A stretch of DNA of 64,000 nt from Desulfomonilia bacterium (GTDB lineage: Bacteria > Desulfobacterota > Desulfomonilia > UBA1062): the NCBI GenBank assembly GCA_050014195.1, contig JBEKDT010000011.1, forward strand, positions 32,001 to 96,000. The letters run 5' to 3'. Shown piece after piece: positions 50,817-60,071 of this stretch. The notes beneath the pieces are model-generated. The model worked only from the letters and a program-made list of their open reading frames with translations, made no database searches and was not told where the DNA came from. Each line of letters begins with the position of its first letter. Positions within the stretch are counted from its first letter, which is position 1. A program made the translations under genes and the position numbers.

Positions 50817-53798
50817 TTATCTCTCAAGCCCAAGTCCTTTGCCCTGATTCAAATCTCTCTCAATGCTCTTATTCACTGCGGGTGACATCTTGTGTCCGTC
50901 ATACTCAACGTATCGCTGTGTCTGCATGTTATCGTACTGCTTGTCATAGGGAACCATGCACCATACCCCATGTTTTGTCTCGATGACGGCGTATTTGTTC
51001 TCGCCGACCTCTTCTATTCTCGTGAAGTATCCCTCAACGGTCTTTTCATTAATGAATGCCACCTGGAGGCCCTCAGCCTGCATAAGCTGGCAGTATTTGG
51101 ATTCTGAAACATTGAGCTCTCTGTCATGTGTAAGCTGCCGCTTCTCTTCCTGATCACGGGCGAGCTGTCTCTCCTTATCTAAGATCCTCTTGTTAACTTC
51201 CTTCATTTCCCAACCGTCATAAACCACATAACGGTGCATGTGCATCTGATCGTATTGTTTGTCATAGGGCACCATGTAACAGGTTCCCTTGGTAAGATCT
51301 GCATGGGACTCGATAACGGCATATCTTCTTCCATCAATATCTAATGCCCGTGTGTAATACCCTTCCACTTCCTTGTCCCTGACAAACTCTACGTTGATTC
51401 CCCTCTCCTGCTGCTTCTGCCGGTATTCTTCCTTGGCTCGTTCATGGAGCTTCTGCTCAATCCGGCTGTAGAACCTTTCCTCGTATCTCAGGTGGAGGTC
51501 TCTTTTCTTCTCTGCAAGACGCTGCTCGGCATCCTGCTTTATTTCCTCATAAGACCTTACTTTCTCGGCTTTAATGAGTCTGTCGTCTATCTCAATACCC
51601 CTTGGGAGGCTGTAATCTACAATAAGACCCTTAGCCTGTTCCCTGCTCATGACTCTTTGCAGATCCTCGAAGTTTCTAAACTCATCCTTGCCATAGTACA
51701 TGGTCACATTCTCTCTATGCCTGCTCATGGCAACGTACGCAGTATGCTTGTCAAAATGCCTTGAGCCAAGCACAAAGGTATTATCCAGGGTTGAGCCCTG
51801 GGTCTTATGCACAGTAGCTGCATAGCCGTGGTCAAAGTCCCGATACATGGTGGTATCGATAGCGACTCTGTCGCCCTTGTCGAGCTTGACTGCCATGACT
51901 CCCCTGCTGATACTCTCCACTGTTCCGAGTGAGCCATTTCTTACACCCAGAGAGTGCTCGTTCCTCAGGAAGATGATCCGGTCACCCTTACTGAATGTCC
52001 TCTCTCCTTTCTCTGTCATGAAGGTATATCCGGCACTACGGAGTTCTCCATGCATCTTCCTGTACTGCCTGGCCCCCTGGTTCAGGTCATTCACGTCCTT
52101 GTTGGTATAGGCCATCATGAGACTGGTTCCGGGATTGTGCTTGTGCTCTGCCTGGTTTTCAGCCCAGTCTTTCAACAAGTGCTCTTTGGCCTCTTCCCTG
52201 GTCTGGAGTTCTCTTATGTGTCCATGGTTGTGGTACGTTTCGAGGGCCTTCTCCGTCTGTTCCCGTTTTCCGGAGAATTCTAGGGTGGCTTGCTTCTGCC
52301 ACTCAACTTGTTGCCGTCGTACCTCTGCAAGCTCAGCATAGTCGGTTCTCTGAATGATACCCCGGAACGATCCTCCTGCCTCAATAGACTGGAGCTGTTC
52401 GTTGTCTCCCACCAGGATCACTTTTGCTCCTGCTTCATGCGCATGATTGAGGATCTCGTGCATCTGTCTGGTGCCCACCATCCCGGCTTCATCGATCACC
52501 AGGATCTGGTCTTTACTGAGTAGATTTCTCTCATTTTCCCAGTCATCCAACTGCCTGAAGATGGTTGTGCTTTCTATGCCGCTTTCATTCTGCAGACCTT
52601 CTGCTGCAATGCCTGAAAGAGCAAGTCCTCTTACTCTATATCCTCCTGCTTCGTATGCTTCCTTGACTGCTCCGAGGGTGTAGCTTTTCCCAGTTCCTGC
52701 ACGACCGATCATGACGGAGATATCGCCACCCTCTGCGATGTCTCTGAAGGCTTTTTCCTGCTCCTCGCTCATGGTGTAGTTCTTTGTTGTCTGGTTGATG
52801 GTAGCCTGCTCCAGCACGTGTTCGCTTGAGGATCTCATTACTCTCGCATTATCGAGCATGGTCTTCTCGCTCATCATCATGGTGCGGGTAGAAAACAGGT
52901 CTTCTCCCTTATCGTTTTTCCCGATCTTGATAAGTTCCATGCTGTTCTCAAGGGCGGATAATACCCGGTTGAACTGATCTGCATCTGCGCTGTGCCGGAA
53001 GGCAAAATCCATGATGTCTTCCCGCTTGAACACGGCATCGTAATGCCCAACGAGCTTCAAGGCTTTTACCGGATCATTGATGATGCGTTCTCCGTTCTCT
53101 CTGCATATTCTCTGGTACTCTTCGAGGCGATCAAGTCCTCGGGTTTCTTGCAGGTGGAGGTAGCCCTTGGGCAGGTATTTCGCTGCTATCCCTATCTTCG
53201 TTGTTGGTTCAAGATCAATGCCTCTATCCTCGAAGCTCCTATGGTCAACCTGGATGTCATAACCGGCTTCCAGTAATTTCCGGTTCTGGATATTCGCCCA
53301 TTCTTCACGCCAGATAAGTATATTTGCTCTATCGTTCCAGGATCTTTGCTTATTGCCGAATCCGTTTGGCGTGACTTCTCTCGTAGTAAGTAAGATGTGA
53401 ACATGCGGGTTTTTCTCGCTCTTGTGAATGCAGATGTCGGCTATCATGCCCTGATCCACGAATTGTGCTTGTACATATTCCCGTACCAGCCCAATCTGCT
53501 GTTCGAGGTTAAGTTCCTTTGGAAGCGCTAATTCAACTTCCCGTGCGAGCTGGGCGTCCTTCCTCTTCTCTACCCTTTCCACTTCATTCCACAACGTTTG
53601 GCGGTCTTTCAGTCTCTCGGGTGTACCTTCAGGTAGGAGGATCTCTGCATAGGCAAGGTCTTTCTTCTTCGTGTAGTCAAAGGTAAGGTCCTGGCGCTCA
53701 TCATAGAGTTTTTCACGGCTTCGATATGCAGCAGCAGAGACTGCACTTCTCCCTGAAGACCTGCTTACTATCTTAGTTGTAGAATGATAACACGCCAT
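50817..53798 (-). CDS. traA: Ti-type TraA relaxase-helicase (MobA/MobL, MOBQ)
   Basis: MACYH...SAVSAAAYRS, WNEVE..EKRKDAQLARE, NPHVHILLT (HUH), GRAGTGKS, DEAGMV, YAATVHKTQG, YVAMSRHR. Confidence 0.93.
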   Translation of the reverse strand: MACYHSTTKIVSRSSGRSAVSAAAYRSREKLYDERQDLTFDYTKKKDLAYAEILLPEGTPERLKDRQTLWNEVERVEKRKDAQLAREVELALPKELNLEQQIGLVREYVQAQFVDQGMIADICIHKSEKNPHVHILLTTREVTPNGFGNKQRSWNDRANILIWREEWANIQNRKLLEAGYDIQVDHRSFEDRGIDLEPTTKIGIAAKYLPKGYLHLQETRGLDRLEEYQRICRENGERIINDPVKALKLVGHYDAVFKREDIMDFAFRHSADADQFNRVLSALENSMELIKIGKNDKGEDLFSTRTMMMSEKTMLDNARVMRSSSEHVLEQATINQTTKNYTMSEEQEKAFRDIAEGGDISVMIGRAGTGKSYTLGAVKEAYEAGGYRVRGLALSGIAAEGLQNESGIESTTIFRQLDDWENERNLLSKDQILVIDEAGMVGTRQMHEILNHAHEAGAKVILVGDNEQLQSIEAGGSFRGIIQRTDYAELAEVRRQQVEWQKQATLEFSGKREQTEKALETYHNHGHIRELQTREEAKEHLLKDWAENQAEHKHNPGTSLMMAYTNKDVNDLNQGARQYRKMHGELRSAGYTFMTEKGERTFSKGDRIIFLRNEHSLGVRNGSLGTVESISRGVMAVKLDKGDRVAIDTTMYRDFDHGYAATVHKTQGSTLDNTFVLGSRHFDKHTAYVAMSRHRENVTMYYGKDEFRNFEDLQRVMSREQAKGLIVDYSLPRGIEIDDRLIKAEKVRSYEEIKQDAEQRLAEKKRDLHLRYEERFYSRIEQKLHERAKEEYRQKQQERGINVEFVRDKEVEGYYTRALDIDGRRYAVIESHADLTKGTCYMVPYDKQYDQMHMHRYVVYDGWEMKEVNKRILDKERQLARDQEEKRQLTHDRELNVSESKYCQLMQAEGLQVAFINEKTVEGYFTRIEEVGENKYAVIETKHGVWCMVPYDKQYDNMQTQRYVEYDGHKMSPAVNKSIERDLNQGKGLGLER

Positions 53799-53841
53799 TT
53801 TTATTATCCGCTTAATCCTTAGTCGTTTTCTCAATACGCAC

Positions 53842-53870
53842 ACGACGCTTGCGTTGTATCAGTGCGCCTT
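53842..53870 (+). other. MOBQ-type oriT / nic site
   Basis: Inverted repeat ACGACGC-tt-GCGTTGT followed by ATCAGTGCGCCTT, close to the RSF1010/Ti-family TAAGTGCGCCCT; lies between divergent traA and mobC-like genes. Confidence 0.75.
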
Positions 53871-54051
53871 TCCTTCGTAAAGTATTTGGCCCTTCGGTCT
53901 GTTCTCGCATGGGGGTGGCCTCGTACGTTACGATAAATCCCGATACGCTATCGGGCTCATGAAAAACCTTGGTGTGCTCTCGCTTGACATCTAACCTCAC
54001 ATACTTTAAAACATATCAACATTTGTATTTATATTACTTTGAGAGGGCAGA

Positions 54052-54315
54052 ATGCAACCGAAAAAACCAGATTCACTCACAAAACTTCTGCAGAAAAAAC
54101 AGAAGATCGAACAGCAGATTTCAAACGCCAAGACCCGCCTGAAGAAAGTGGAACGGGCCGCAGACACGCGGAAGAAGATCCTCATCGGCGCTTACTTCCT
54201 TGAGGTGAAATACAAGGACAAAGAACAGGAGCTTGTTAAGCTTATGGACGGCTTTCTTGTCCGGGATAATGATCGGGCTCTCTTTGGCCTTCCGCCTGAG
54301 GGTGATGCGTCATGA
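54052..54315 (+). CDS. Relaxosome accessory protein (MobC / Ti-TraD-like)
   Basis: Coiled coil then ERAADTRKKILIGAYFL...RDNDRALFGL; divergent from traA. Confidence 0.75.
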   Translation: MQPKKPDSLTKLLQKKQKIEQQISNAKTRLKKVERAADTRKKILIGAYFLEVKYKDKEQELVKLMDGFLVRDNDRALFGLPPEGDAS

Positions 54316-54770
54316 GTGGGCAGGAATTATCTGAAGTAAGAGAGGTTATCAAGCAGGAAATAAGATTATCCCTTCTCAATGAGATGCAGGATGTTCGTCT
54401 TATCAGGGAAGGTCTCGATTCCATTCTTGAACTGCAGAAACAGAAGATCGATGAGATGGATGTGTTCTTTCTTGAGTATTCCCATGAACAGAAGAAGAAC
54501 CAGCAAAACTTTATCGACACCTTAAATAATTTTTTGGCTGAACATAAGAGAATTACTGATGAAGCCAAGTCTCTTTATAAAGACATCAACAACACAACCC
54601 AGGAGATGAGTAAGCTTTCTTTCAGACACAAGGAAAGTCTCTCCTCAGTTTATGATCACTTCTTTTTGAAGGTGTTCGGGTTTGCTGCATTGGGTGGGTT
54701 ATTTTCTTGTGTGTTCCTGGGGGTTGCTTATAAATTCATCTTCCCGTTTATCCATAGGCTTCTTGGATGA
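54312..54770 (+). CDS. Coiled-coil protein with C-terminal TM helix (MobB-like, tentative)
   Basis: ATGA-coupled to the previous gene; hydrophobic C-terminus. Confidence 0.6.
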   Translation: MSGQELSEVREVIKQEIRLSLLNEMQDVRLIREGLDSILELQKQKIDEMDVFFLEYSHEQKKNQQNFIDTLNNFLAEHKRITDEAKSLYKDINNTTQEMSKLSFRHKESLSSVYDHFFLKVFGFAALGGLFSCVFLGVAYKFIFPFIHRLLG

Positions 54771-54893
54771 CTAAGAGATATCTCATTAAGATATATGGGG
54801 CATTCCCTGCTATAAGGCTTCATGAATAGGATTTTTCTACATGAGATGAAAGGTCTTTGAGACTCGTTCGGTATACATCTTTTATACATTTAG

Positions 54894-54927
54894 ACCCGCG
54901 TCCACCGGTTACCCGGCGGACGCGGGT
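54894..54927 (-). terminator. GC-rich hairpin after the DUF2958 gene
   Basis: ACCCGCGTCCACCGG-ttac-CCGGCGGACGCGGGT, 2 nt after the stop. Confidence 0.65.
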
Positions 54928-54929
54928 GG

Positions 54930-55247
54930 TTATATATTTTTGCCTTCCATAACTTCGAATAAATAATGCTCTCCGAAATGCAGATCTCTCTCGATACCGA
55001 GACCCATGACCTTTACGCTTTCCAGTTCATCAAGGGAGAAATAACCCAACTCGGCATATAAAGGATCGCCAAGGTTTACGAACCCAAAGAACAACCTCTC
55101 TTCCGGGTCGTACTCCGTTGCGTACCAGGTTGCGGCTGATAACGGGTGAAAGAACTTGGCGATGATCTTCACCTGATCTTTTGGTTTTTTTTCGGTCTCG
55201 TAAAGCCTGGGAAACTGATTGATCAACTCTGCTGTTAAAAGCTTCAT
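54930..55247 (-). CDS. DUF2958-family protein
   Basis: MKLLT...[18 protein letters not shown]...FFGFV...[11 protein letters not shown]...IERDLHF; AAGGAGG RBS. Confidence 0.82.
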   Translation of the reverse strand: MKLLTAELINQFPRLYETEKKPKDQVKIIAKFFHPLSAATWYATEYDPEERLFFGFVNLGDPLYAELGYFSLDELESVKVMGLGIERDLHFGEHYLFEVMEGKNI

Positions 55248-55286
55248 AAAGCCCTCCTTTGATTTGGTCTGATGCATGTAAACAAC

Positions 55287-55351
55287 AACTTTTCCTCCCT
55301 CCCCCTTTCACAAACGATTGAAGGGAGAGGGAGGAACGACCGAAAGAAAGG
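55287..55351 (-). repeat. Structured leader element, copy A
   Basis: Reverse complement CCTTTCTTTCGGTCGTTCCTCCCTCTCCCTTCAATCGTTTGTGAAAGGGGGAGGGAGGAAAAGTT matches 63873-63937. Confidence 0.8.
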
Positions 55352-55543
55352 CTTTTCTTCCTTAAAGAAGCCCTAGAAACGCTGCAAGGGGCATGACAGG
55401 CTTATCAGCCTGGCGGGACGCTTAGGAGGCGAGTGGAGAGGGCATTGGTTTTAAAATCTATTTACCCATCTGCCCAGGTTGCGCTCAAGCGAAGATTATG
55501 TTAAAAAAGAATACATACAATTGCTAAGTTAGAATCATTACAC

Positions 55544-57523
55544 TTGTTGAGGGCATCTGTGAAAGAATCATATCACCAAGAATCACTGAGTTATTTCAGG
55601 AAAGCCAGGGGTTCCGGTTCTACCGCAATAAAGAGAGGGGAAAAACCAACGGTTGACCCTTCCCCTATTCCATTAACTCCCTGGGAAGTCATTGTTGCCT
55701 CTATTGGGTTTGGCATTCTTGGATTGTTAGCGGCAACGGCGTTCTATACATTCTTCCCTCATTGTCCTGCTGTATTCTCTTCCCACGGATCGAACCCATC
55801 TGCTTTTGATAAAGCTGGCGACATTGGACTTATAACCATGTACACGTCCATTCTCTTACCATTAGGAATATTTGTGTTGTGCCTCTTTTTTAAAAAGCTC
55901 TCTCCTGTTGGGTGGTTTAAAATGTTTATCTCGTATTTTGTCATTTATGCCATGGTTGGTGCTATTCCTGTTGTTGAGTGGCTGAGAACCCTGAAACAAT
56001 ACCATTTCGATTGGATTGCATCCATTGGCGCATGGGTTGTCGCATCCTTCCTCATTTTTATTCTCACTTGGATTATTGCTCTTATCTTTGAAAAGCTGAG
56101 GTCCAGGGTAAAAGACTTTAGCCTGTTTATGGGCAATATGAAGCTACTCCCCACCTCGCAATTTGGCCTCTGGTTAGGAATATCCACGGGAGAGCTTTCT
56201 TGCAAATCACATGGGGCTGGTATGGCTCCAGGACAACATATCACTCTTTCTTTGGAAGATGCCTGTCAGAATACCGCTGTTATGGGGGGCATAGGCTCGG
56301 GTAAAACTACAAGGGCAATTCAACCTCTTCTCCTGCAACTCCTGGATCAGGATTGCGGAGGTCTGATCTTCGACATAAAGGGTGATTTCAAGAAAGCAGT
56401 ATTTGCCTTTGCTGAGACAACTGAAAAGAGCATTGAGACGATTGGTCCAGGACAGAAGGGAATAAATCTCTTGGAAGGCTTATCCCCGGAAGTGGCCTCT
56501 TCTTTTCTGAAGTCCGCATTCCTTCTTTCTGGTGAGTCCAGGGAAAATCCTTTCTGGATCAATACAGCGACTGAATTATGTAGAAATGCCCTTGGTGTCC
56601 TGTCTTTTATGCCGGGTCTATATAGTCTTTGGGCATTATATCACTATCTCTTTGATCGTGAATTCCGAATCGATATAAATGTAAAAATAGAGGCCCTGAA
56701 AGAAGAGCTGGATATCCAGGCTCACCGTCTTCTTGATTCTTACCTCTCATACCGGAAAAACATCTTCTCAGGTTTCGATGATAAAGTAGTGTCCGGCGTT
56801 AATGCAACAGTAGCTCAGGTACTCTCTCCTTTCAGTCAGCCTGATCTTGTTGATGCCTTCTGTTCTGAAAGTGATGATCTGGCCTGTATGGAGGATGTAC
56901 TTAAAGGAACCATCTTCCTTGTCGATCTTCCTTTATCCCGTTGGGGTCTTGGTGGAAAGGTGGTTTACACCTTCATCAAGTTAAGGTTCTTCAACGTGAT
57001 GCAACGTCGTCTTTCTGAGCCGTCATGGAATCAGGACCGGCCTGTATTCTTCATCTGTGATGAGTTCCAGGAGATTGTTTCCTGTAACAGAGACGGTCTA
57101 TCCGATCTCAATTTCTGGGACAAATCCCGATCATCAAAGACCATCGGAATCATTTCCGGCCAGTCTGTTTCCAGCTTTTATGCCGCCATAGGGAACCGTG
57201 ATATGACGCATGCCCTACTCCAGAATTTTAGGCAGAGGATATGCTTTAAGACAGAGGATGAAGCAACCTTGGACCATCTGAATCATCTGTTGGGCAGGGT
57301 TGATATCAAGCACATAAGTTATCAGCAATCGGTATCAAGTGGTTACTCTGGTAGTCACCATAGTAGAAATGTCACATCAGGAACAACTACAACCCTTCGT
57401 GAAAAGGCTGTCCTCGATCCCCAGGTGATCAGAGAGCTTGAGAATAACCAGGCCATTGCAATCCTGTCTCTAAACAATCAGAGCAGGGATGATGTGATTA
57501 ATGTGAAGCCGGTTTTTGTTTAA
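55544..57523 (+). CDS. Type IV coupling protein (TraD/VirD4/TrwB-like)
   Basis: Four N-terminal TM segments; GGIGSGKT Walker A, FDIKGD, NPFW, ICDEFQ Walker B, QS..S, LLQNF; start uncertain. Confidence 0.88.
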   Translation: MLRASVKESYHQESLSYFRKARGSGSTAIKRGEKPTVDPSPIPLTPWEVIVASIGFGILGLLAATAFYTFFPHCPAVFSSHGSNPSAFDKAGDIGLITMYTSILLPLGIFVLCLFFKKLSPVGWFKMFISYFVIYAMVGAIPVVEWLRTLKQYHFDWIASIGAWVVASFLIFILTWIIALIFEKLRSRVKDFSLFMGNMKLLPTSQFGLWLGISTGELSCKSHGAGMAPGQHITLSLEDACQNTAVMGGIGSGKTTRAIQPLLLQLLDQDCGGLIFDIKGDFKKAVFAFAETTEKSIETIGPGQKGINLLEGLSPEVASSFLKSAFLLSGESRENPFWINTATELCRNALGVLSFMPGLYSLWALYHYLFDREFRIDINVKIEALKEELDIQAHRLLDSYLSYRKNIFSGFDDKVVSGVNATVAQVLSPFSQPDLVDAFCSESDDLACMEDVLKGTIFLVDLPLSRWGLGGKVVYTFIKLRFFNVMQRRLSEPSWNQDRPVFFICDEFQEIVSCNRDGLSDLNFWDKSRSSKTIGIISGQSVSSFYAAIGNRDMTHALLQNFRQRICFKTEDEATLDHLNHLLGRVDIKHISYQQSVSSGYSGSHHSRNVTSGTTTTLREKAVLDPQVIRELENNQAIAILSLNNQSRDDVINVKPVFV

Positions 57524-57741
57524 AATCCAGAATCTACTTGAAAAGGAATTTATACTATTGAGATAGTTCTCCTCCAGTAGAGATCTACTATCAAAACCTT
57601 CATTATTTGCAGAGTGTTGCGTATGGCACGAGATCTACACTTAGGGCATCTTATTTCAAACATTACATTTTTGGCACAAGATTAACAGTTTCTATCGGTG
57701 AGGCCGCTCTTTGATGTTCTATGTCCTCGGATTCCAGTAAA

Positions 57742-58044
57742 TCAGTGAGAGAGTGACCTTAATATGTTGTCATATTGGCCCTTGCAAGTGGCAAACCCGT
57801 CATCCCATCCGGTTTTATACAAGGGGTCTGAAAGGTATCGTGTCACGTCTTTTTCATAACTGGCATATGGATGGCCTGCTGCAACGAATCCTGAGCTACA
57901 TCCAGCCGAATATCCGTCAACATAGGCTTGTGGTTGGCCAGCTGTGTTTTGTTTGGTAATGGCATCTACTGGCGCACATGCCAAGATGGCCCAAACGAGC
58001 ATCAGTAGGATAGCGACCAACCATATTCTGAATTTCAGTTTCAT
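57742..58044 (-). CDS. Small lipoprotein
   Basis: Signal peptide with lipobox ILA-C; AGGAG RBS; YVDGYSAGCSSG...YKTGWDDGFATC. Confidence 0.75.
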   Translation of the reverse strand: MKLKFRIWLVAILLMLVWAILACAPVDAITKQNTAGQPQAYVDGYSAGCSSGFVAAGHPYASYEKDVTRYLSDPLYKTGWDDGFATCKGQYDNILRSLSH

Positions 58045-58085
58045 ATATTTCTCCTTTCAGTTTTCGACATACCCCAAAGTGATGC

Positions 58086-58143
58086 CCCTAACATACTGAT
58101 AAGTTGCGGCTGAAAGCCCGTCCGTTGGATTAGCTTGTTATCA
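58086..58143 (-). other. Degenerate integron attC-like site
   Basis: Minus strand TGATAAC-AAGCT-AATCCAAC-GGACGGGCT-TTC-AGCCGCA-ACTTATC-AGTAT-GTTAGGG, 58 bp, 12 nt after a stop codon; L-box pairing is imperfect. Confidence 0.55.
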
Positions 58144-58155
58144 GCAATAAATTAT

Positions 58156-59010
58156 TTAAAAATGGCTACATGCATCTAAATCGACTTCAATGGGCCACAT
58201 TATATATTCGTATGATGGGCAGCCAGTTACAGTTTTCGTAGCTTTTACAGCCCTTATTAATTTTTCTATTTCAGGGTCGTTACGAGCTTTAATTTTGACT
58301 TCTGGGGTGGGATAAATAATAATGGCTAACCAACCATCAAGGGGTAAGAAGTATTCTGGCTTTCTCCCATCTATGCTATAGTAAAAATCCAATAACTCTT
58401 TATTGTTATTATCAGTATCCTTTGGATCAATGAATCTAGATAAGCGATCAGGATGTCTAGTTTGGATTCTTTTCTTTATCTTTTCAGAAAAGATAATCCG
58501 CCACTCAGATTCAGAAAATAGGTCATAGGTTAATGGACGTCTAGAACACATATGTTTGTAAAAAGAAATCATTTCGAAGTCATCACTACAAAGAGAGGAG
58601 TATGGAGGGAAAAAAAGATTTTCAGTTTCAGATTGCAAATAATGCATAGGACCGCCCAACCGATCAAAGACGTAATATCTCTTTAATCCTATCCCTAATC
58701 TTCCGAATTTTTTAGCATGTTTCCTTACCTCTGATAGTTTCAATTCAGTAAAACAAGTTCTTGCAACTAAAGGTTTAACAAATATTTTGTTATTTACTTG
58801 TATTTTCTCCGAGCCATCACCCATAGTCATCCAGAAGCCAAATTTCAGAATATTTTTCAAACGGAGTATATAAGCGTCAACTGCTTTGCCAGGCATATCA
58901 CGGGATACTTTTTCAGGTTTCCAAGCTGGATCGAGATCTCTATCTATTTTCCAACCTGTCCAATGGATTAAAAAATCTGAGTGGATGGTTTGAGTAAATT
59001 CATTTTCCAT
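58156..59010 (-). CDS. AbiGi-like protein
   Basis: SDFLIHWTG, NILKFGF, TCFTEL, HAKKFGRLGIGL, GGPMHY, ESEWRI pattern; start set at MENEF after an AGGTGAG RBS. Confidence 0.72.
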   Translation of the reverse strand: MENEFTQTIHSDFLIHWTGWKIDRDLDPAWKPEKVSRDMPGKAVDAYILRLKNILKFGFWMTMGDGSEKIQVNNKIFVKPLVARTCFTELKLSEVRKHAKKFGRLGIGLKRYYVFDRLGGPMHYLQSETENLFFPPYSSLCSDDFEMISFYKHMCSRRPLTYDLFSESEWRIIFSEKIKKRIQTRHPDRLSRFIDPKDTDNNNKELLDFYYSIDGRKPEYFLPLDGWLAIIIYPTPEVKIKARNDPEIEKLIRAVKATKTVTGCPSYEYIMWPIEVDLDACSHF

Positions 59011-59083
59011 TTTCTCACCTATTGTAGTGCGACATATATACTGCGACACCCTATTAAGGCATACTGGTATAGATCCACTATGT

Positions 59084-59863
59084 CTAATAAACTTGACTAA
59101 TAACTGATATATGCTCATTTACTAGATTTTGAAACTTTTCAAATGCCTTAAGACAATTTGCATGCTGTTCTTCCAAGATAGGCAATAATTGGATAAGCTT
59201 CAAAGGATTAGTCTGTCCAATAATATAACTCACTTTACCATCATTCCCGACTTTTCTTTTAACAAGCTCTGTCATGCCAAGTTCAATTTTTGGAGAATAA
59301 CGGTGGTTATATTTATTTCTAAAGTCATACGTTGCCGATTGGTACTTTTTATTTGAGATTTTTTCTAAAGCAGGTTTTAGTTTCTTATATCCTCTCCATG
59401 AATTAGAATATTTATCAGTATCTTGAAACCATATTTCTTCATCTATTGGGAGATTATCTATCCATTTTTTTTGCTTAGTCATATTAGCTTGATGACAAAG
59501 ATGAGCAACTGAGTAAATATATCTTGAACGGATTACATAAGGCAAATTAATTGCCAATGTAGCAAATGGATTAACAAATTCTATTATAACTTCATATTTA
59601 TCGTCCTCGTCATCAATGTTCTTAATTACTGACTTCCAAGCTTCCAAATTTATAATGTATCTTCCCAACTCATTTATAGAATTGGCAAGTTCACGAGAAT
59701 ATTCAGAAAGCATTTTACAATATCCAATCCATAGACGAGAAAGTTTATCGGGTAGACTATACCAATCATACGGTGCCAACTGGCAATTTGATGATATCTT
59801 AGTCCTAGCATCAAGGAATTGTTTATAAACGGCTAGCAATTTTCCATTCATATCAATCACCAT
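59084..59863 (-). CDS. Putative HEPN-domain protein
   Basis: All-helical; FRNKYNHR gives an RxxxxH motif; AT-rich. Confidence 0.6.
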   Translation of the reverse strand: MVIDMNGKLLAVYKQFLDARTKISSNCQLAPYDWYSLPDKLSRLWIGYCKMLSEYSRELANSINELGRYIINLEAWKSVIKNIDDEDDKYEVIIEFVNPFATLAINLPYVIRSRYIYSVAHLCHQANMTKQKKWIDNLPIDEEIWFQDTDKYSNSWRGYKKLKPALEKISNKKYQSATYDFRNKYNHRYSPKIELGMTELVKRKVGNDGKVSYIIGQTNPLKLIQLLPILEEQHANCLKAFEKFQNLVNEHISVISQVY

Positions 59864-60071
59864 TTATAAGTGTATCATAATCGTTGAGTAATATCGATAT
59901 AATAGTTTGGATCTCTGCGCGATAAATCATCAGTTTATTTTTAGGATCTCAATCATAAATATCATGTTAAGATCTTCAGTAATCCAATAACGTTTGCGGA
60001 ATTTTCGTGGTGAGCCTGTATAGCACGTTCCGATACTACTTTAACCAGATTCAAATCCTATCCAGATCACA

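Noticed and set aside
59011-59083. Second attC between the HEPN and AbiGi-like genes
   Set aside because: No AAC/GTT boxes or convincing stem
59084-59863. Island integrase
   Set aside because: No tyrosine-recombinase R..HxxR..Y or serine-recombinase motifs; RxxxxH fits HEPN better
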